Shown in pieces: positions 36,214 through 51,469 of a stretch of 64,000 nucleotides of DNA. Under the pieces are notes generated by a model, which worked only from the letters and a program-made list of their open reading frames with translations, was not told where the DNA came from and ran no database searches. The first letter of the stretch is position 1; each line of letters opens with the position of its first letter. Source of the DNA: the human T2T-CHM13v2.0 reference genome, Homo sapiens; assembly GCF_009914755.1 (NCBI RefSeq), contig NC_060938.1; one strand, written 5' to 3'. Both the position numbers and the translations under genes were made by a program.

Positions 36214-38901
36214 CTTTCCTCCTTTTATCCTGCTGCTGCTGCTGCAGCGGCTGCCACTTGCTCCATGCTGGTAGGGGCCAGAAATTGGCAGTGGGAGATG
36301 GGGCATCTGACCATCCACAGCTGAGCTGCCTTCTCTGTGGGGGGTGGGTGGGATGGGGATCTGTGAAGGCAAAGCAATAGCAAGAAAGCATCAGGCTCAG
36401 TCAGCACTATTCACCACCCAGCACTATCCACAACCCAGGCAGGCAGGCCATACCTCCCCTGTCCCACTGTGGCCTCCTCATCCTCTCCCTTCCCTCCTCG
36501 TCACTCCTGCTCCCACCCTACAACTTGGTGTCCTTGTGCTGCTTTTCCCCAGGTAGCCAAGATGCCCAGGCACCCTAAATACCTTTGAAATGGTTAGAGT
36601 GTGCATCAGTTATTTTCACCTAGTGTGGCTCAGTTTAATCAGTTCCTTAGTAATGCTACTTGAGATCCTGCCAGTAAGATGGAAGCCATTTTAGTATGGA
36701 TGAAAGGAAAAAGGGAAGGAAAAGAAAAGAACTGGGGAAGGGAGGAGGTTTCACTTGAAGTAGGTTTCAGAAAGGAAATTGTATATATTATGGGACCAGG
36801 TTTGTATGTGGCAACCAGAGTGTGTGTGAGGAGGTACTTTATGAAGTGGGATATGAATAGGTGCAGGTTTATATATCATTTTAAAAGTTGTTCACACCTT
36901 GGTCTAGTTTCATGTTGAAGCTAGCTGAGTCCCTGCTGGCAGCTCTGTTCCACAAAAGTCATGCTGTATTCTACAAAAATATGTTTATTGATGAAATTTG
37001 TAATGATACATATACTCCTAAAAGAGTAGTTAGGTCTTATGGATTAAACTTACATATGAACCCAAGATCTCACAGCCTTAACAGCATCTCATTTCCACTG
37101 ACAAGAACAATAAGGTTTTCCAGCTTAGGTGCTATATAAAACACATGTCCCTTAACTCTGGTTTCTATCTAACATTATTTTATTTATGTCACAATTGGCA
37201 ATTTAAACAAAAGTAGCTGCTCCAACCTTAATAAATTATTGTAGGTCTATGAGTTGGGATTTCTGGCTTCCAAAGGGTGACATAGAAGCAAGCTGGGGCC
37301 GGGCACGATGGCTTACACCTGTAATCCCAGCACTTTGGGAGGCCGAGGCGGGTGGATCACAAGGTCAGGAGTTCGAGACCAGCCTGGCCAACATGGTGAA
37401 ACCCTGCCTCTACTAAAATACAAAAATTAGCTGGGTGTGGTGGTGCATGCCTGTAATCCCAGCTACTCAGGAGGCTGAGGCAAGAGAATCGTGTGAACCT
37501 GGAAGGTGGAGGTTGCAGTGAGCCAGTGAGCCGAGATTGTGCCATTGCACTCCGGCCTAGGGGACAGGGCAAGACTGTGTCTCAAAAACAAAACAAAACA
37601 AAACAAAACAAAACAAAACAAAACAAGCAAGCTGGCTTCATTCCTCCCCATAAAAAACCAAAACTCAAACATGAGATGAGACTGTTCCCAGGGTCACAGA
37701 GAAATGAAAAAATTTTGAGCTGATGGTAAGATAATTGGACTTACATATCTGCAGTGCCCCACCCCATAATCTGCCCAGCACCAAGTACACAAAAATTTTC
37801 CCTTGGCTCACAATATTTACATTGAAAAAGGTGAGATTGAGGTGGACAACCTGCTTCCCCACCATCTTGGGTTCCCTGGCAGGAGACCTGTTCCATAAGA
37901 AACATCACGAGTGCCTGAAAGGAGAAATATTCCTGAGGACAGCCAGCGACAAAGGCAGGAGGTGGGACTACCATCCCCAGCCCTGGAAACTGTGCTCTGC
38001 AACTGGGCCAAATCAGAGTGGCTGTTCAACAGCACCATGTTGAGGTTTGTTCCACACCCCCTGGGTATGTGCCCTTAACCAGCCTTCCCACATTACTGAG
38101 ATATCTCATTTAAGACTTCTTCAATTCAGAATAAGGGGCATTCTGATTGTTCACTAAGGCAAACCTGGACTTAAGATGCCATTTAGTACTGAAAAGGACA
38201 CAGTGGCCTAGTGGGAAAAAAAAGCAAGAAAATCAACAGGTAAATTATAAACAATCTCTAAACAAACATATCTAATGAAACCAAAACAAGCCAGACAGAG
38301 AAGACTAGAATAAATAACTAATCCTTCAGTGAAAAGACATAGATGTACATCCACAAGAAACAACAGCAATCATGGAACATGACCTCCTTAAACTCATAAA
38401 ACAAGGAACCAGTGACTAACCCTAATAAGATGGCAATATGTGAACTCTCTGGCTAAGAATTCAAAATAACAGCTTTAAAGAAACTCAGTCCAATACAGAA
38501 AAGGACCTCAGAAACTTATCAGAGAAATTTAACAAAGAGATTAAAATAATAAAAAAAGAAACATATATTAAAACTGAGAAATATTTTTTTTTAAACTGAA
38601 AAATTCATTAGAGACTGTCAACAGTGGAATGGATCAAGCAGAAGAAAGCATCAGTGACCTTTAAGGCAGGTTATTTGCAAAAACATAGAGGAGAAAAAGG
38701 AGCAAAATGAAAAGGAAGAAAGATCACCCACAAGATACAGAAAGTTAGTTAAAAAGACCAAATCTTAGAATTATTGGTGTTCAAGAGGGAGTTGAGCAAG
38801 GGCAAAGAGTAGAAAGCTTGTTCAAAGAACTAGTAACAGAAAACATTCCAAAACTTGAGAAAGAGATAAATATCCAGGTATGGCAAGGTCAGAGAACACC
38901 A

Positions 38902-39474
38902 TGTTAAATACAGTGAGTTCTAAATTTCTCTTCAAAGAATCAGTATATCAGTATGTTCAGTTCTTCGTTCTCCATTTTGAAGTTTAACTTCCTCATTCTC
39001 CTTGTCTGCTTGCCCGAAGTTTCAGTAAACAACCTTTCCCAGCAGTTCTAATCAGTAGTTCACATCTATTCCCCTGGTTACCTGCTCTGTCCTGAGTCAC
39101 CCCTGGTCACCTGCTCTGACCTGAGTCACCCCTGGTCACCGGCTTGATCTGAGTCACCTTTAATCACCTGTTCCTAACTATCCTTCCCACCAAACTACTC
39201 ACCCTGCCACCCTGGCTCGTACCCCTGCTCTTTAAAACAGCCAATCAGAATTAGCTTAGACTGTGTGGTCCAACCCTATCCAATAGGGGAATGACCCAGC
39301 AGTAGGGGCTACCTGCATCAGGGATAAGAACCCCTTCCCCTCCCTTGTTCAGGTGTGCTCTCGCCATTGCTCCATCCATGAGATGCACCCTTCTACAGAA
39401 GTAAAATTGCCTTGCTGAGAAAATTTATGTTGGAGTGCTATTTCTTTTGTGGCACCAAAAATTTATTTCCAACA
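38902..39474 (+). mobile_element. LTR10-family (ERV1) solo LTR, 573 bp, inserted in L1 ORF1
   Basis: TG...CA ends; 4-bp TSD ACCA (38898-38901, 39475-39478); LTR10-like start GAGTTCTAAATTTCTCTTCAAAGAATCAGTAT; internal TGAGTCA repeats, two CCAAT boxes, AGTAAA signal. Confidence 0.85.
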
Positions 39475-40055
39475 ACCAAACAGATTTGAATCAAATAAGA
39501 TCACCCCAAGGCATATAATAATCAAACTCTCAAAGGTCAAGGACAAAAAGAAGATCCTAAAAGCATCAAGAGAAAAGAAGCAAATAACATATAAAAGAAC
39601 TCTGATTCATCTGGTGACAAAGTTCTCAACAGAAACCATATAGGCCAGGAGGGAAAGGGACAACATTTTCAACATGCTGAAAGAAAAAAAAAACCTGCCA
39701 TCTGAGAATACTGTATTCAGCAAAGCTACCCTTCAAATATGAAGATGAGATAAAGCTTTCCCCAGACAACAAAAGATGAGAGAATGCATCACCATGAGGC
39801 CCACAAGAAATGCCAAAGGGAATTCTTCAATTTGAAAGAAAAAAAGAAGCACTAATGTGCAAAAAGAAAACATTAGAGGCCAGATGTGGTGGCTCATGCC
39901 TGTAATCCCAGCACTTTGGGAGGCCAAGGTGGGCAGATTACCTGAGGTCGGGAGTTTGAGACCAGCCTGGCCAACATGGAGAAGACCTGTCTCTACTAAA
40001 AACAATATAAAATTAGCTGGGCATGGTGGTGTATGCCTGTAATCCCAGCTACTCA

Positions 40056-40160
<105 letters not shown>

Positions 40161-40687
40161 TCAAAAAGAAAAAAAGGAAAAAAAGGAAAACATTCGAAAG
40201 TATCAAACCCATTAGTAAAATAAAGTACATGGACACACCTAGAATACTCTAATACTGTAATTGTAGTGTGTAATATACTCATAACTCTAGTATGAGGCCC
40301 AAAAGGCTATCTATTAAAAACAATAATAGCTGCCAGGCATGGTGGCTGACGCCTGTAATCCCAGCACTGTGGAAAGTCAAGATGGGTGGATCACCTGAGG
40401 TCAGGAATTTGAGATCAGCCTGGCCAGCATGGTGAAACCCCATCTCTAATAAAAATACAAAAATTAGCCAGATGTGGGGGCGTGCACCTGTACTCCCAGC
40501 TACTTTGGGAGGCTGAGGCAGGAGAATCGCTTGAATCCGAGAGGCAAAGCTTTCAGTGAGCAGAGATTGCACCAGTGCACTCCAGCCTGGGCGACCGAAT
40601 CAGACTCCATCTCAAAAAGCAAACAAACAAAACAAAACAAAAAAACAATAATAGCCGCAGCAACTTGTTAGGAGGTACGCAATATAA

Positions 40688-41020
<333 letters not shown>

Positions 41021-42345
41021 TGAGACAACATAAAATCAAAATATGGGGGGATGGAGTTGAAGTACAGAGTTTCTGTTTTCATATTTCTTTATTTCTTTTT
41101 TTTAAATTTTTAAAAGTTTTTTTACTTTTTTTTTTTTAGACAGAGTCTCGCTCTGTTGTACAGGCTGGAGTGCAGTGGCACGATCTCAGCTCACTGCAAC
41201 CTCCGCCTCCCGGGTTCAAGCAGTTCCCTGCCTCAGCCTCCGGAGTAGCTGGGATTACAGGCTCCCACCACCACGCCTGGTTAATTTTTGTATTTTTAAT
41301 AGAGACAGGGTTTCACCATATTGTTCAGGCTGGTCTTGAACTCCAGACCTCGTGATCCACCCACTTTGGTCTCCCAAAGTGCTGGGATTACAGGTGTGAG
41401 CCACCGCGCCCGACGTCATTTTTCTTTATTTCTGTTCTATTCATGATGTAAGATACATTGTCACCTCCTTAAAATAACTTGTTATATCTATATTTTTTGT
41501 AAGCCTCATGGTAACCACTATGTAAAAACGTATAATAGATTCATTAAGAATAAAAAGCAATGATTTAAAACATACTGCCAGAGAAAATAAATCAAAGGAG
41601 GACAGTAAGAAAGGAAGAAGAGAAGAGTTATAAAACAACCAAAAAAACGAGCAACAAAATGGCAGTAGTAAGTTTTTACATATCAATAGCACTAAATGTA
41701 AACAAACTCAATTCTTCAATTAAAAGGCATAAAGTGGCTTAATAAACAAAGAAATAAGACCCAACTTATAAAGACACACATAGAATGAATGTGAAGGGGT
41801 GGAAAAAGATATTCCATGCAACTAGAAAAAAAAAGGGGAGGAGTAGCTATATTTATGTCAGATAAAGTAGACTACAACTCAAAAACTATAAAAAGATACA
41901 CTATATAAATACACTACAAATCAAAAACTGCAAAAAGAGACACCATAACTGTAAAAAGGTCACTATATAATGATTAAGGGGTCAATTCAGAAAGAGGATA
42001 TAACAATTATAAATATCTATGCATCCAATGTGATAATTCCCAAGTATATAAACAAACATTAATAAATTTGAAGCAAGAGAGAGACAGCAATACAATAATA
42101 GCAGAGGACTTCAGCACCACGCTGTCAGCAATGGACAGATCATCCAGTCAGAAAATCAACAAAGAAACATCAGAGTTAAGCTACACACTGGACCGAATAT
42201 GTCTAACTGACATTTATAGAACATTTCACTCAACTGCTGCAGGATGTACATTTTTGTTTGCGTTAGCACATGGAACATTCTCCAGAATAGACCATATCTT
42301 AGGCCACAAAACAAGTCTTAACAAGTTCAAAAAAGTAGAAATTAT

Positions 42346-42425
42346 ATCGAGTATCACATTGATCAAGTACCACATTGATCGAGTATCACATTGATCAAGT
42401 ACCACATTGATCAAGTATCACATTG
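42346..42425. repeat. Five tandem 16-bp units ATC(A/G)AGTA(C/T)CACATTG
   Basis: Units start at 42346, 42362, 42378, 42394 and 42410; variant order A-B-A-B-hybrid. Confidence 0.95.
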
Positions 42426-43490
42426 GTCAGAAAAGAAGTCAATAATAAGAGAAATCTTGAAAAATACACAAACACATGGAAATTAAACAATAAGCTCCTG
42501 AACGACCAGTGGGTCAGTGAAAAAATTAAGAAGTTAAAAAATTTCTTGAAACGAATGAAAATAGAAATACAGAATCCCCAAATCTATGGGATACAGGACA
42601 AGAAGAACTAAGAGGGAAGTTTGCAGCAATAAATGCCTTTATCAAAAAGGTAGAATGTCTTCAAATACGCTGGGGGTGGTGACTCTTGCCTGTAATCCTA
42701 GCACTTTGGGAGGCCAAGGCAGGAGTATTACTTGAGGTCAGGAGTTCAATACCAGCCTGGGCAACATAGCGAGACCCCATCTCTACAAAAAATAAAGAAT
42801 ATTGTCTGGGCATAATGGCATGCACTTGTAGTCTTAGCTACCCAAGAGGCTGAGGTGATAGGATGGCTTGAGCCCACAAGATCAAGGCTGCAGTGAGCTG
42901 TGATTGTGCCACTGCACTCTAGCATGGGTGACAGAGTGAGACCCTGTTTCAAAAAAGAAAAGAAAACAAGATTTCAAATAAACAACCTAATGATGCACCT
43001 CAAGGAACTAGAAAAGCAAGAATAACCAAAACCTAAAATTAATATAGGAAGAAAAAATATAAAAGCAGAATTAAATGGGATTGAGATGAAGAAAACAAGG
43101 CTAGGTATGGTGGCTTATGCTTATAATCCCAGTGCTAGGAGGCTGAGGTGGGAGGATTCTGTGAGGCCAGAATTTGAAACCACCCTCCACAACATAATTA
43201 GACTCCTGTCTCTACAAAAAATAAAATAAAAATATTAGCCAGGCATGGGGCAATGCACCTGTAATTCTAGCTACTTGGGAAACTGACACAGGAGGATCCC
43301 TTGAGCCCAGGAGTTTGAAGTTACAGTGGGCTGTGATTGTGCCACTGTACTCCAACCTGGGTGACAAAGTAAAACCCTGTCTCTAAAAAGAAAAAAATCC
43401 GGGCGCGGTGGCTCACACCCGTAATCCCAGCACTTTGGGAAGCAGAGGCAGGCGGATCATGAGGTCGGGAGATCGAGACCATCCAGGCTA

Positions 43491-43880
<390 letters not shown>

Positions 43881-44450
43881 CTACAAAGTATCATTAAAGA
43901 CTATTATGAATAATTATATGCAGACAAATTGGAAAAGCTAGAAGAAATGGATACATTCCTGGACACATACAACGTACCAAGATTGAACCATGAAGAAAGA
44001 AAACCTCAGACCAGGAGTGATGGCTCATGCCTGTGATCCCAGCGCTTTGGGAGGCTGAGGCAAGCGGATCACCTGAGGTCAGGAGTTCGAGACCATCCTG
44101 GCCAACATGGTGAAACCCCACCTTTACTAAAAATACAAAAATTAGCTGGGCATGGTGGTGCGTGCCTGTAATCCCAGCTATTCAGGAGGCTGAGGCAAGA
44201 GAATCTCTTATCTCTTGAACTCGGGAGGCAGAGGTTGCAGTGAGCCAAGATCACGCCATTGCACTCCAGCCTAGGTGACAAGAGCGAAACTCTGTCTCAA
44301 AAAAAAAAAAAAAAAAAAGAAATAGAAAACCCCAACAAAGCAATGACAAGTGATGAGATTGAAACCATAATAAAAAGTTTATCATCAGAGAAAAGTCCAG
44401 GATCTGATGCTTCACTGCTGAATTCTACCAAACATTTAAAGAAGAACTAA

Positions 44451-44627
<177 letters not shown>

Positions 44628-45272
44628 TGAGTAGCTGGGACTAGAGGCATGCACCACCATACCGGGATAATTTTTGTATTTTTAGTAGAGGCAGGGTTTC
44701 ACCATTTTGGTCAGGCTGGTCTCGAACTCCTGACCTCAAGTGATGCACCCACCTTGGCCTCCCAAAGTGCTAGGATCACAGGTGTGAGCCACTGTGTCCG
44801 GTCCCCAACTCATTTTACAATGCCAGCATTAACCTGATACCAAAACCAGATAAAGATACAACAAATGAAGAAAACTATAGGCTAATATTACTGAAGGACA
44901 TAGATGCAAAAATTAATTAAAGAGATCATTCATCATGAGCAAGTGGGATTCATCTAGGGATGCAAGAATGGTTCAAAATACACAAATTAGGCTGGGTGCG
45001 GTGGCTCACGCCTGTAATCCCAACCCTTTGGGAGGCCAAGGGTGGGTGGATCACTTGAGGTCAGGAGTTTGAGACCAGCCTGGCCACCATGGTGAAACCT
45101 TATCTCTACTAAGAATACAAAAATTAGCTAGGTGTGGCGGCACACACCTGTAATCCCAGCTACTTAGGAGGCTGAGGCAGGAGAATCACTTGATCCCAGG
45201 AGGCGGAGGTTGCAGTGAGCTGAGATCGCACCACTGCACCCCAGCCTGTGTGACAGAGGGAGAATCTGTCTC

Positions 45273-45303
<31 letters not shown>

Positions 45304-45988
45304 AAAAACTAAAAGACACGAAAACCCAAAAACAATTCCCTCACAAATCAATAAATGCGATGTATGCCATTAGCAGAACCAAAACCAGCATCCATATGAT
45401 CACTTCAATAGATGCTAAAAAAATTAGATAAAATTTAACATCACTCTATGATAAAAACCCTCAACTAACTAGGTATAGAAAAAAGATACCTTAAAATAAT
45501 AAAGGCCGTATATGACAAACCCACAGTCAACAACCTACTGAATGGGGAAAGATTGAAAGTCTTTCCTCTAAGATCTGGAACAAGATAAGGACAACCATTT
45601 TCACCACTTTTATTCAGTGTAATACTGGAAGTCCTGGCTGGAGCAATTAGGCAAGAGAGAGAAATAAAGAGCATCCAAATTGGAAAGAAAGAGGGCAAAT
45701 TAGCCTTGTTCGCAGATGACATGATCTTGTACTTAGAAAAATCTGAAGATTCCACCAAAAACTGTTAGCACGGATAAACAAATTCAGAAAAGTTGCAGGA
45801 TATAAAATCAACATGCAAAAATTAGTAGCACTTATTTACACCAATAGTGAACAATCTGAAAAAGACATCAAGAAAGCAATCCCATTTATGGTAGCTACAA
45901 ATAATATAAAATACTTAGGAATTAATTTAACCAAAGAAATGAAAGATCTACACAAGGAAAACTATAAAACACTGATGAAAGAAATTGA

Positions 45989-46254
<266 letters not shown>

Positions 46255-48215
46255 TGAACTTCTGACCTCAGGTGATCCGACTGCCTTGGCCTTCCAGAGT
46301 GCTGGGATTACAGGGGTGAGCCACTGCACCAGGCCAAGAATTAATACTTTTAAAAATGTCAATATTACCCAAAGCAATGTACAGATATCATACAATATCT
46401 ATCAAAATATCAATGACATTCTTCACAGAAATAGAAAAACAACTCTAAAATTAATATGGAACCACAAAAGACCCTGAATAGCCAAAGTAATCCTGAGGAA
46501 ACAGAGCAAAGGTGGAGGTATCACACTACCAGACTTCAAAGCATACTACAAAGCTATAATAACCAAATCATAGTGTTGGCATAAAAACAGACATATAGAT
46601 CAGTGGAACATAATAAGGAACTCAGATATCAATCCAAGCATACAGCCAAGTCACTTTCAACAAAGGCACCAAGAACATATGATGGGAAAAGGATAGTCCT
46701 TTAATAAATGGTGCTGGGAAAACTAGATAACCAAATGCAGGAGAATGAAGCTGGATCACTATCTCTCACCACGTACAAAAATCAAATAAAAATGGACAAA
46801 AGACTTAAATGTAAGATCTGAAACTATGAAACTCCTACAAGAAGTTATTGAGTGATGCTCCAGGACATTGATCTGGACAAAGACTTTTTGTGTAGGACTT
46901 CAATAATACAGGCAACCAGAGCAAAAATGCACAAATGGGATGGTAGCAGTTGAAAAGCTTCTGGATAGCAAAGGGAACAATAAACAAAGTGAAGAGACAA
47001 TTCACAGAATGGGAGAAAATATTTGCAATCTATCCATCTGAAAACGGGTAAATAATCAGAATACATAGGGAGCTCAAACAACTCAATAACAAAAAACCCC
47101 ATATAATCCAATTAAAAAGTGGGCAAAAGATCTGAATGGATATTTTCCAAAAGAAGACACACAAATGGCCAATAGTTATATAAAAAATGTGCAACAACTT
47201 TAATCTTCAGAAAAATGCAAACCAAAACTACAACGAAATATCATCTCACCCTAGTTACAATGCTTTTATCAAAAAGACAGGGAGTAATGAATATTGGCAA
47301 GAATGTGGAGAGAGGGAAACCCTTGTACATTGTTAGTGAGAAGGTAAATTGGTAGAAGCATTATGGAAAACTGCATGGAGGTTCCTCAAAAAACTAAAAA
47401 AAGAATTCTCATATGATCCAGCAGTTCCACTAATTGGATATATACCCAAAAGAAAGGAAATCAATATATTGAAGTAATATCTACACTCCCATGTTTGTTG
47501 TAGCACTATTTATAATAGCCAAAATATGGAATCAACCTAAGTGCTCATCAATAGATGAATGGGTAATGAAAATGTGGCATATATACACAACAACATAATA
47601 TTCAGCCTCCCCTCCGCCCCCCACACAAATCCTGTCATTTGCAGCATGGATGGAACTGGAGGCCATTATGTTAAGTGAAATAAGCCAAGCACAGAAAGAC
47701 AAATATTGCATGTTCTCACTCATATGTGGGAGCTGAAAAAGTGGATCCCATAAATATAGGGAGTGGATTGGTGGAAGGCAAGAAGTAGGTGGGGATGAAG
47801 AGAGGTTGATTAATGGGTACAAATATACTATTTGGTAGACAAAGTAACACCTAATGTTTGATAGATTAGTAGTGTGACTATAGTTTATCATAAACTATTG
47901 TATATTTCAAAGTCACTATAAAATAATAATTCAAATGTTTCTGGCATAAAGAAAATACAAACATTTAAGTTGATGGACATCTCAATTACACTGATTTGAT
48001 ATTTACAAATTATGTGAATGTATTAAACTACCACATGAACCCTGAAAAAAAATATATCTATTATGTATTGGTGAAAAATATTGGCTTTGAGAAAAAATAA
48101 ATTACTGTAGACTCAGAAGTTGTCTTAAGTGGCTTCTCTTATAGGAGAAGATATAGATATATCTTGTAATCTCACCGTAACAGTTTTTTCTCATAAATAA
48201 TTTTTTTTCTTTTAA

Positions 48216-48567
<352 letters not shown>

Positions 48568-48777
48568 TAGCCAGGATGGTTTCGATCTACTGACCTTGTG
48601 ATCCACCCACCTCGGCCTCCCAAAGTGCTGGGATTACAGGCGTGAGCCACTGCACCCGGCCTATTTTATTTTATTTTACTTTTTAATTAGTAGAGATGAG
48701 GTCTTGCTATATTGTCCAGGCTGGTCATAAAGGCATTTAACAAAATTGATGTTCATATTTATTCCAGTTGTCTCAGA

Positions 48778-48778
48778 G

Positions 48779-48838
<60 letters not shown>
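48778..48838. repeat. (TA)n followed by poly-T
   Basis: Read directly from the sequence. Confidence 0.95.
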
Positions 48839-49545
48839 CTGAGTCTTTGACTTGATCTATTATTTAAAATTAGGCCAACATGATCTCTCACATACAGATG
48901 AATAAAAAACTGTTGGCAAATGAAATAACACATTTACCTTGTCCTTCATTTTTCTGGAAGGAGCGATTGACCCTGCTCTTATATTGTTCCATACTTGAGT
49001 CTTCTGAAATGTTTTCTTTTTCCTCCAGGTAAGACCAGGATAGGTCACAGAGGAAAACACAAGGGTTATTTACATCCGCCTGGCCTGGTCAGAAGACATT
49101 GCATGATTTACTCAGTGACCTACTGAATGACTGACCAGCTGGCTTCTAGATCTTTGTCTACTTGGCTTGTGATAACTAACCAAAAGTTTTTCTGGATGCT
49201 TTGGACAATTTAGATGCAGTTCAAAAGACTTTCCTGGTGCTGTTTTTGTTTGTTTGTTTGTTCATATTCTAGAGATGGGATCTTGCTTGGTTGCCTAGGC
49301 TGGTCCTGAATTCCTGGCCTCAAGCTCTCCTCCCAGCCTCAAGTAGTTGGGATTACAGACATGAGCCACCGTGCTCAGCCCTGGTGCTGTTTTAATTTAA
49401 AAAATTGTTGATTGGGTAAAGTATTAGGATGAGGTAACAAAGTAACTCGACAATAAATCAGTGGATTAAAAACTGCTCTAACAAAGTAACCCAACAATAA
49501 ATCACTGGATTAAAGAAGCTAAAGTTTTATTTCCCTCTAACTTAA

Positions 49546-50064
<519 letters not shown>

Positions 50065-50519
50065 TGACTAGATCTGGCTGCAACAGACACTGAGAAATAT
50101 CCACAGAAGAGCAGCCACATTCTAGCTACAGCCTTCTAACTAGGGAAGGAGAGAATGGATTTTTGTGGACACCCAGCCATCTCCTCTATAAGTGGATACT
50201 AGTAGATATTGGGGAAAAGGAGGCTACAACATAAACATCAATAAAACATACTTTCCTGGCCGAGCACGGTGGCTCACACCTGTAATCCCAGCGCTTTGAG
50301 ATGCAAAGTGATAAACAGAGCAAGACTCCATCTCAAAGAAAAAAAAAATGCTTTCCTTTCTCTAGAAACTCCAATCTAAGCTATAATATAGTCCAGCCAA
50401 AGAAAAGTACTATTATAAAATTTGAAGGCCCACTGGAATACAAGGAGGAGGATATAACTTATGAGTGGAAGAATAAGAAAACTTCTTGTAGGAATAAAGA
50501 TTTTTCTTGGACCTCAAAG

Positions 50520-51020
50520 TTAGCATAAAACATCAGTTTACCAATATGGAGGAGGAAGGCTATTTCAGATATGAGAATAACTCAAGCAAAGGCTCAGAGG
50601 CGGGGAAGTATAATGTTTAAGGAATGACAGGTAAATTAATGGGGCCGGAAGAGAAAAGGGAGGTAGAGATATGTTGGGAGATGAGGTATGTTGGTACCAG
50701 ATTGTGGGGAACTTTGAATTCCAAGCTAATAGGTATGGGCTTTATTTATATGCAGTGGAAAGCCAGTAAATATTTATAGGGACAGGAAATAAAATATTTA
50801 GTTGTATGTTTCAGAAAGAAAACTCCGGTAGTTGTATGGAGGAAAGTGGAGGTGACAAGGAGACCACTTAAGAAGCCAGAGAGACATTTCTGAGGCAGGG
50901 TGAACAGGATTTGATGAATTACTACATGGAGAAAAGTGAGGGGCTGAAAGGAAACACAGATGAGCCACACAGAGATTCTAACTAAGTACCTGGAAGGATG
51001 GATTTGCCTTGATGTGAGCA
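50520..51020. mobile_element. L2 remnant
   Basis: Purine-rich degenerate L2 blocks (GCAAAGGCTCAGAGG, ATGCAGTGGAAAGCCAGTAAA, AGAAAGAAAACTCCGGTAGTTGTATGGAGG). Confidence 0.6.
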
Positions 51021-51371
51021 AAGCAATTCTGATGCCTAGAGGCTTGGGAAGTTAGGAGCAAAGCAAATGAATGTAGGACAGTATTATGTTGGCTTTCCCC
51101 AAATTTGCTTGGAATAATTTCCCCTCCTTCTAGAAGAAAACATCAATTTCTCAGAGTCAACATATGTGCTTTCTCTTGAGAGCTGGGTCAGAAAAGGGTA
51201 AAACAGCTATGGATAACTTCTTGAGGTTGAATATAGCACCAGAAGCCTCTTTCTAGTAGAATTATGTTCATTTCCGCTGAAACTAACATCTATTTATTGA
51301 ACATTTGTCACGTGCAGCAGTAGCTGAAGAGAGTGGTAGCGATGGTTATGTGGCTGTAGTTACTTATTTTC

Positions 51372-51456
51372 CCACCCAAGTAATAACCAGGCCCGACCCT
51401 GCTTAGGTTCTGAGATCAGACGAGATCGGGCGTGTTCAGGGTGGTATGGCCGTAGA
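51372..51456 (-). pseudogene. 5S rRNA retropseudogene, 3'-truncated and tailless (about nt 2-87 of 5S)
   Basis: Minus strand TCTACGGCCATACCACCCTGAACACGCCCGATCTCGTCTGATCTCAGAACCTAAGCAGGGTCGGGCCTGGTTATTACTTGGGTGG; TSD TAGTTACTTATTTTC at 51357-51371 and 51457-51471. Confidence 0.95.
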
Positions 51457-51469
51457 TAGTTACTTATTT

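Noticed and set aside
42346-42425. Regular short repeats that could suggest a CRISPR array
   Set aside because: No spacers and a eukaryotic L1 context; it is a minisatellite.
51372-51456. 5S copy as an active rRNA gene
   Set aside because: Box C is truncated and mutated, box A is altered and the 3' end is absent.
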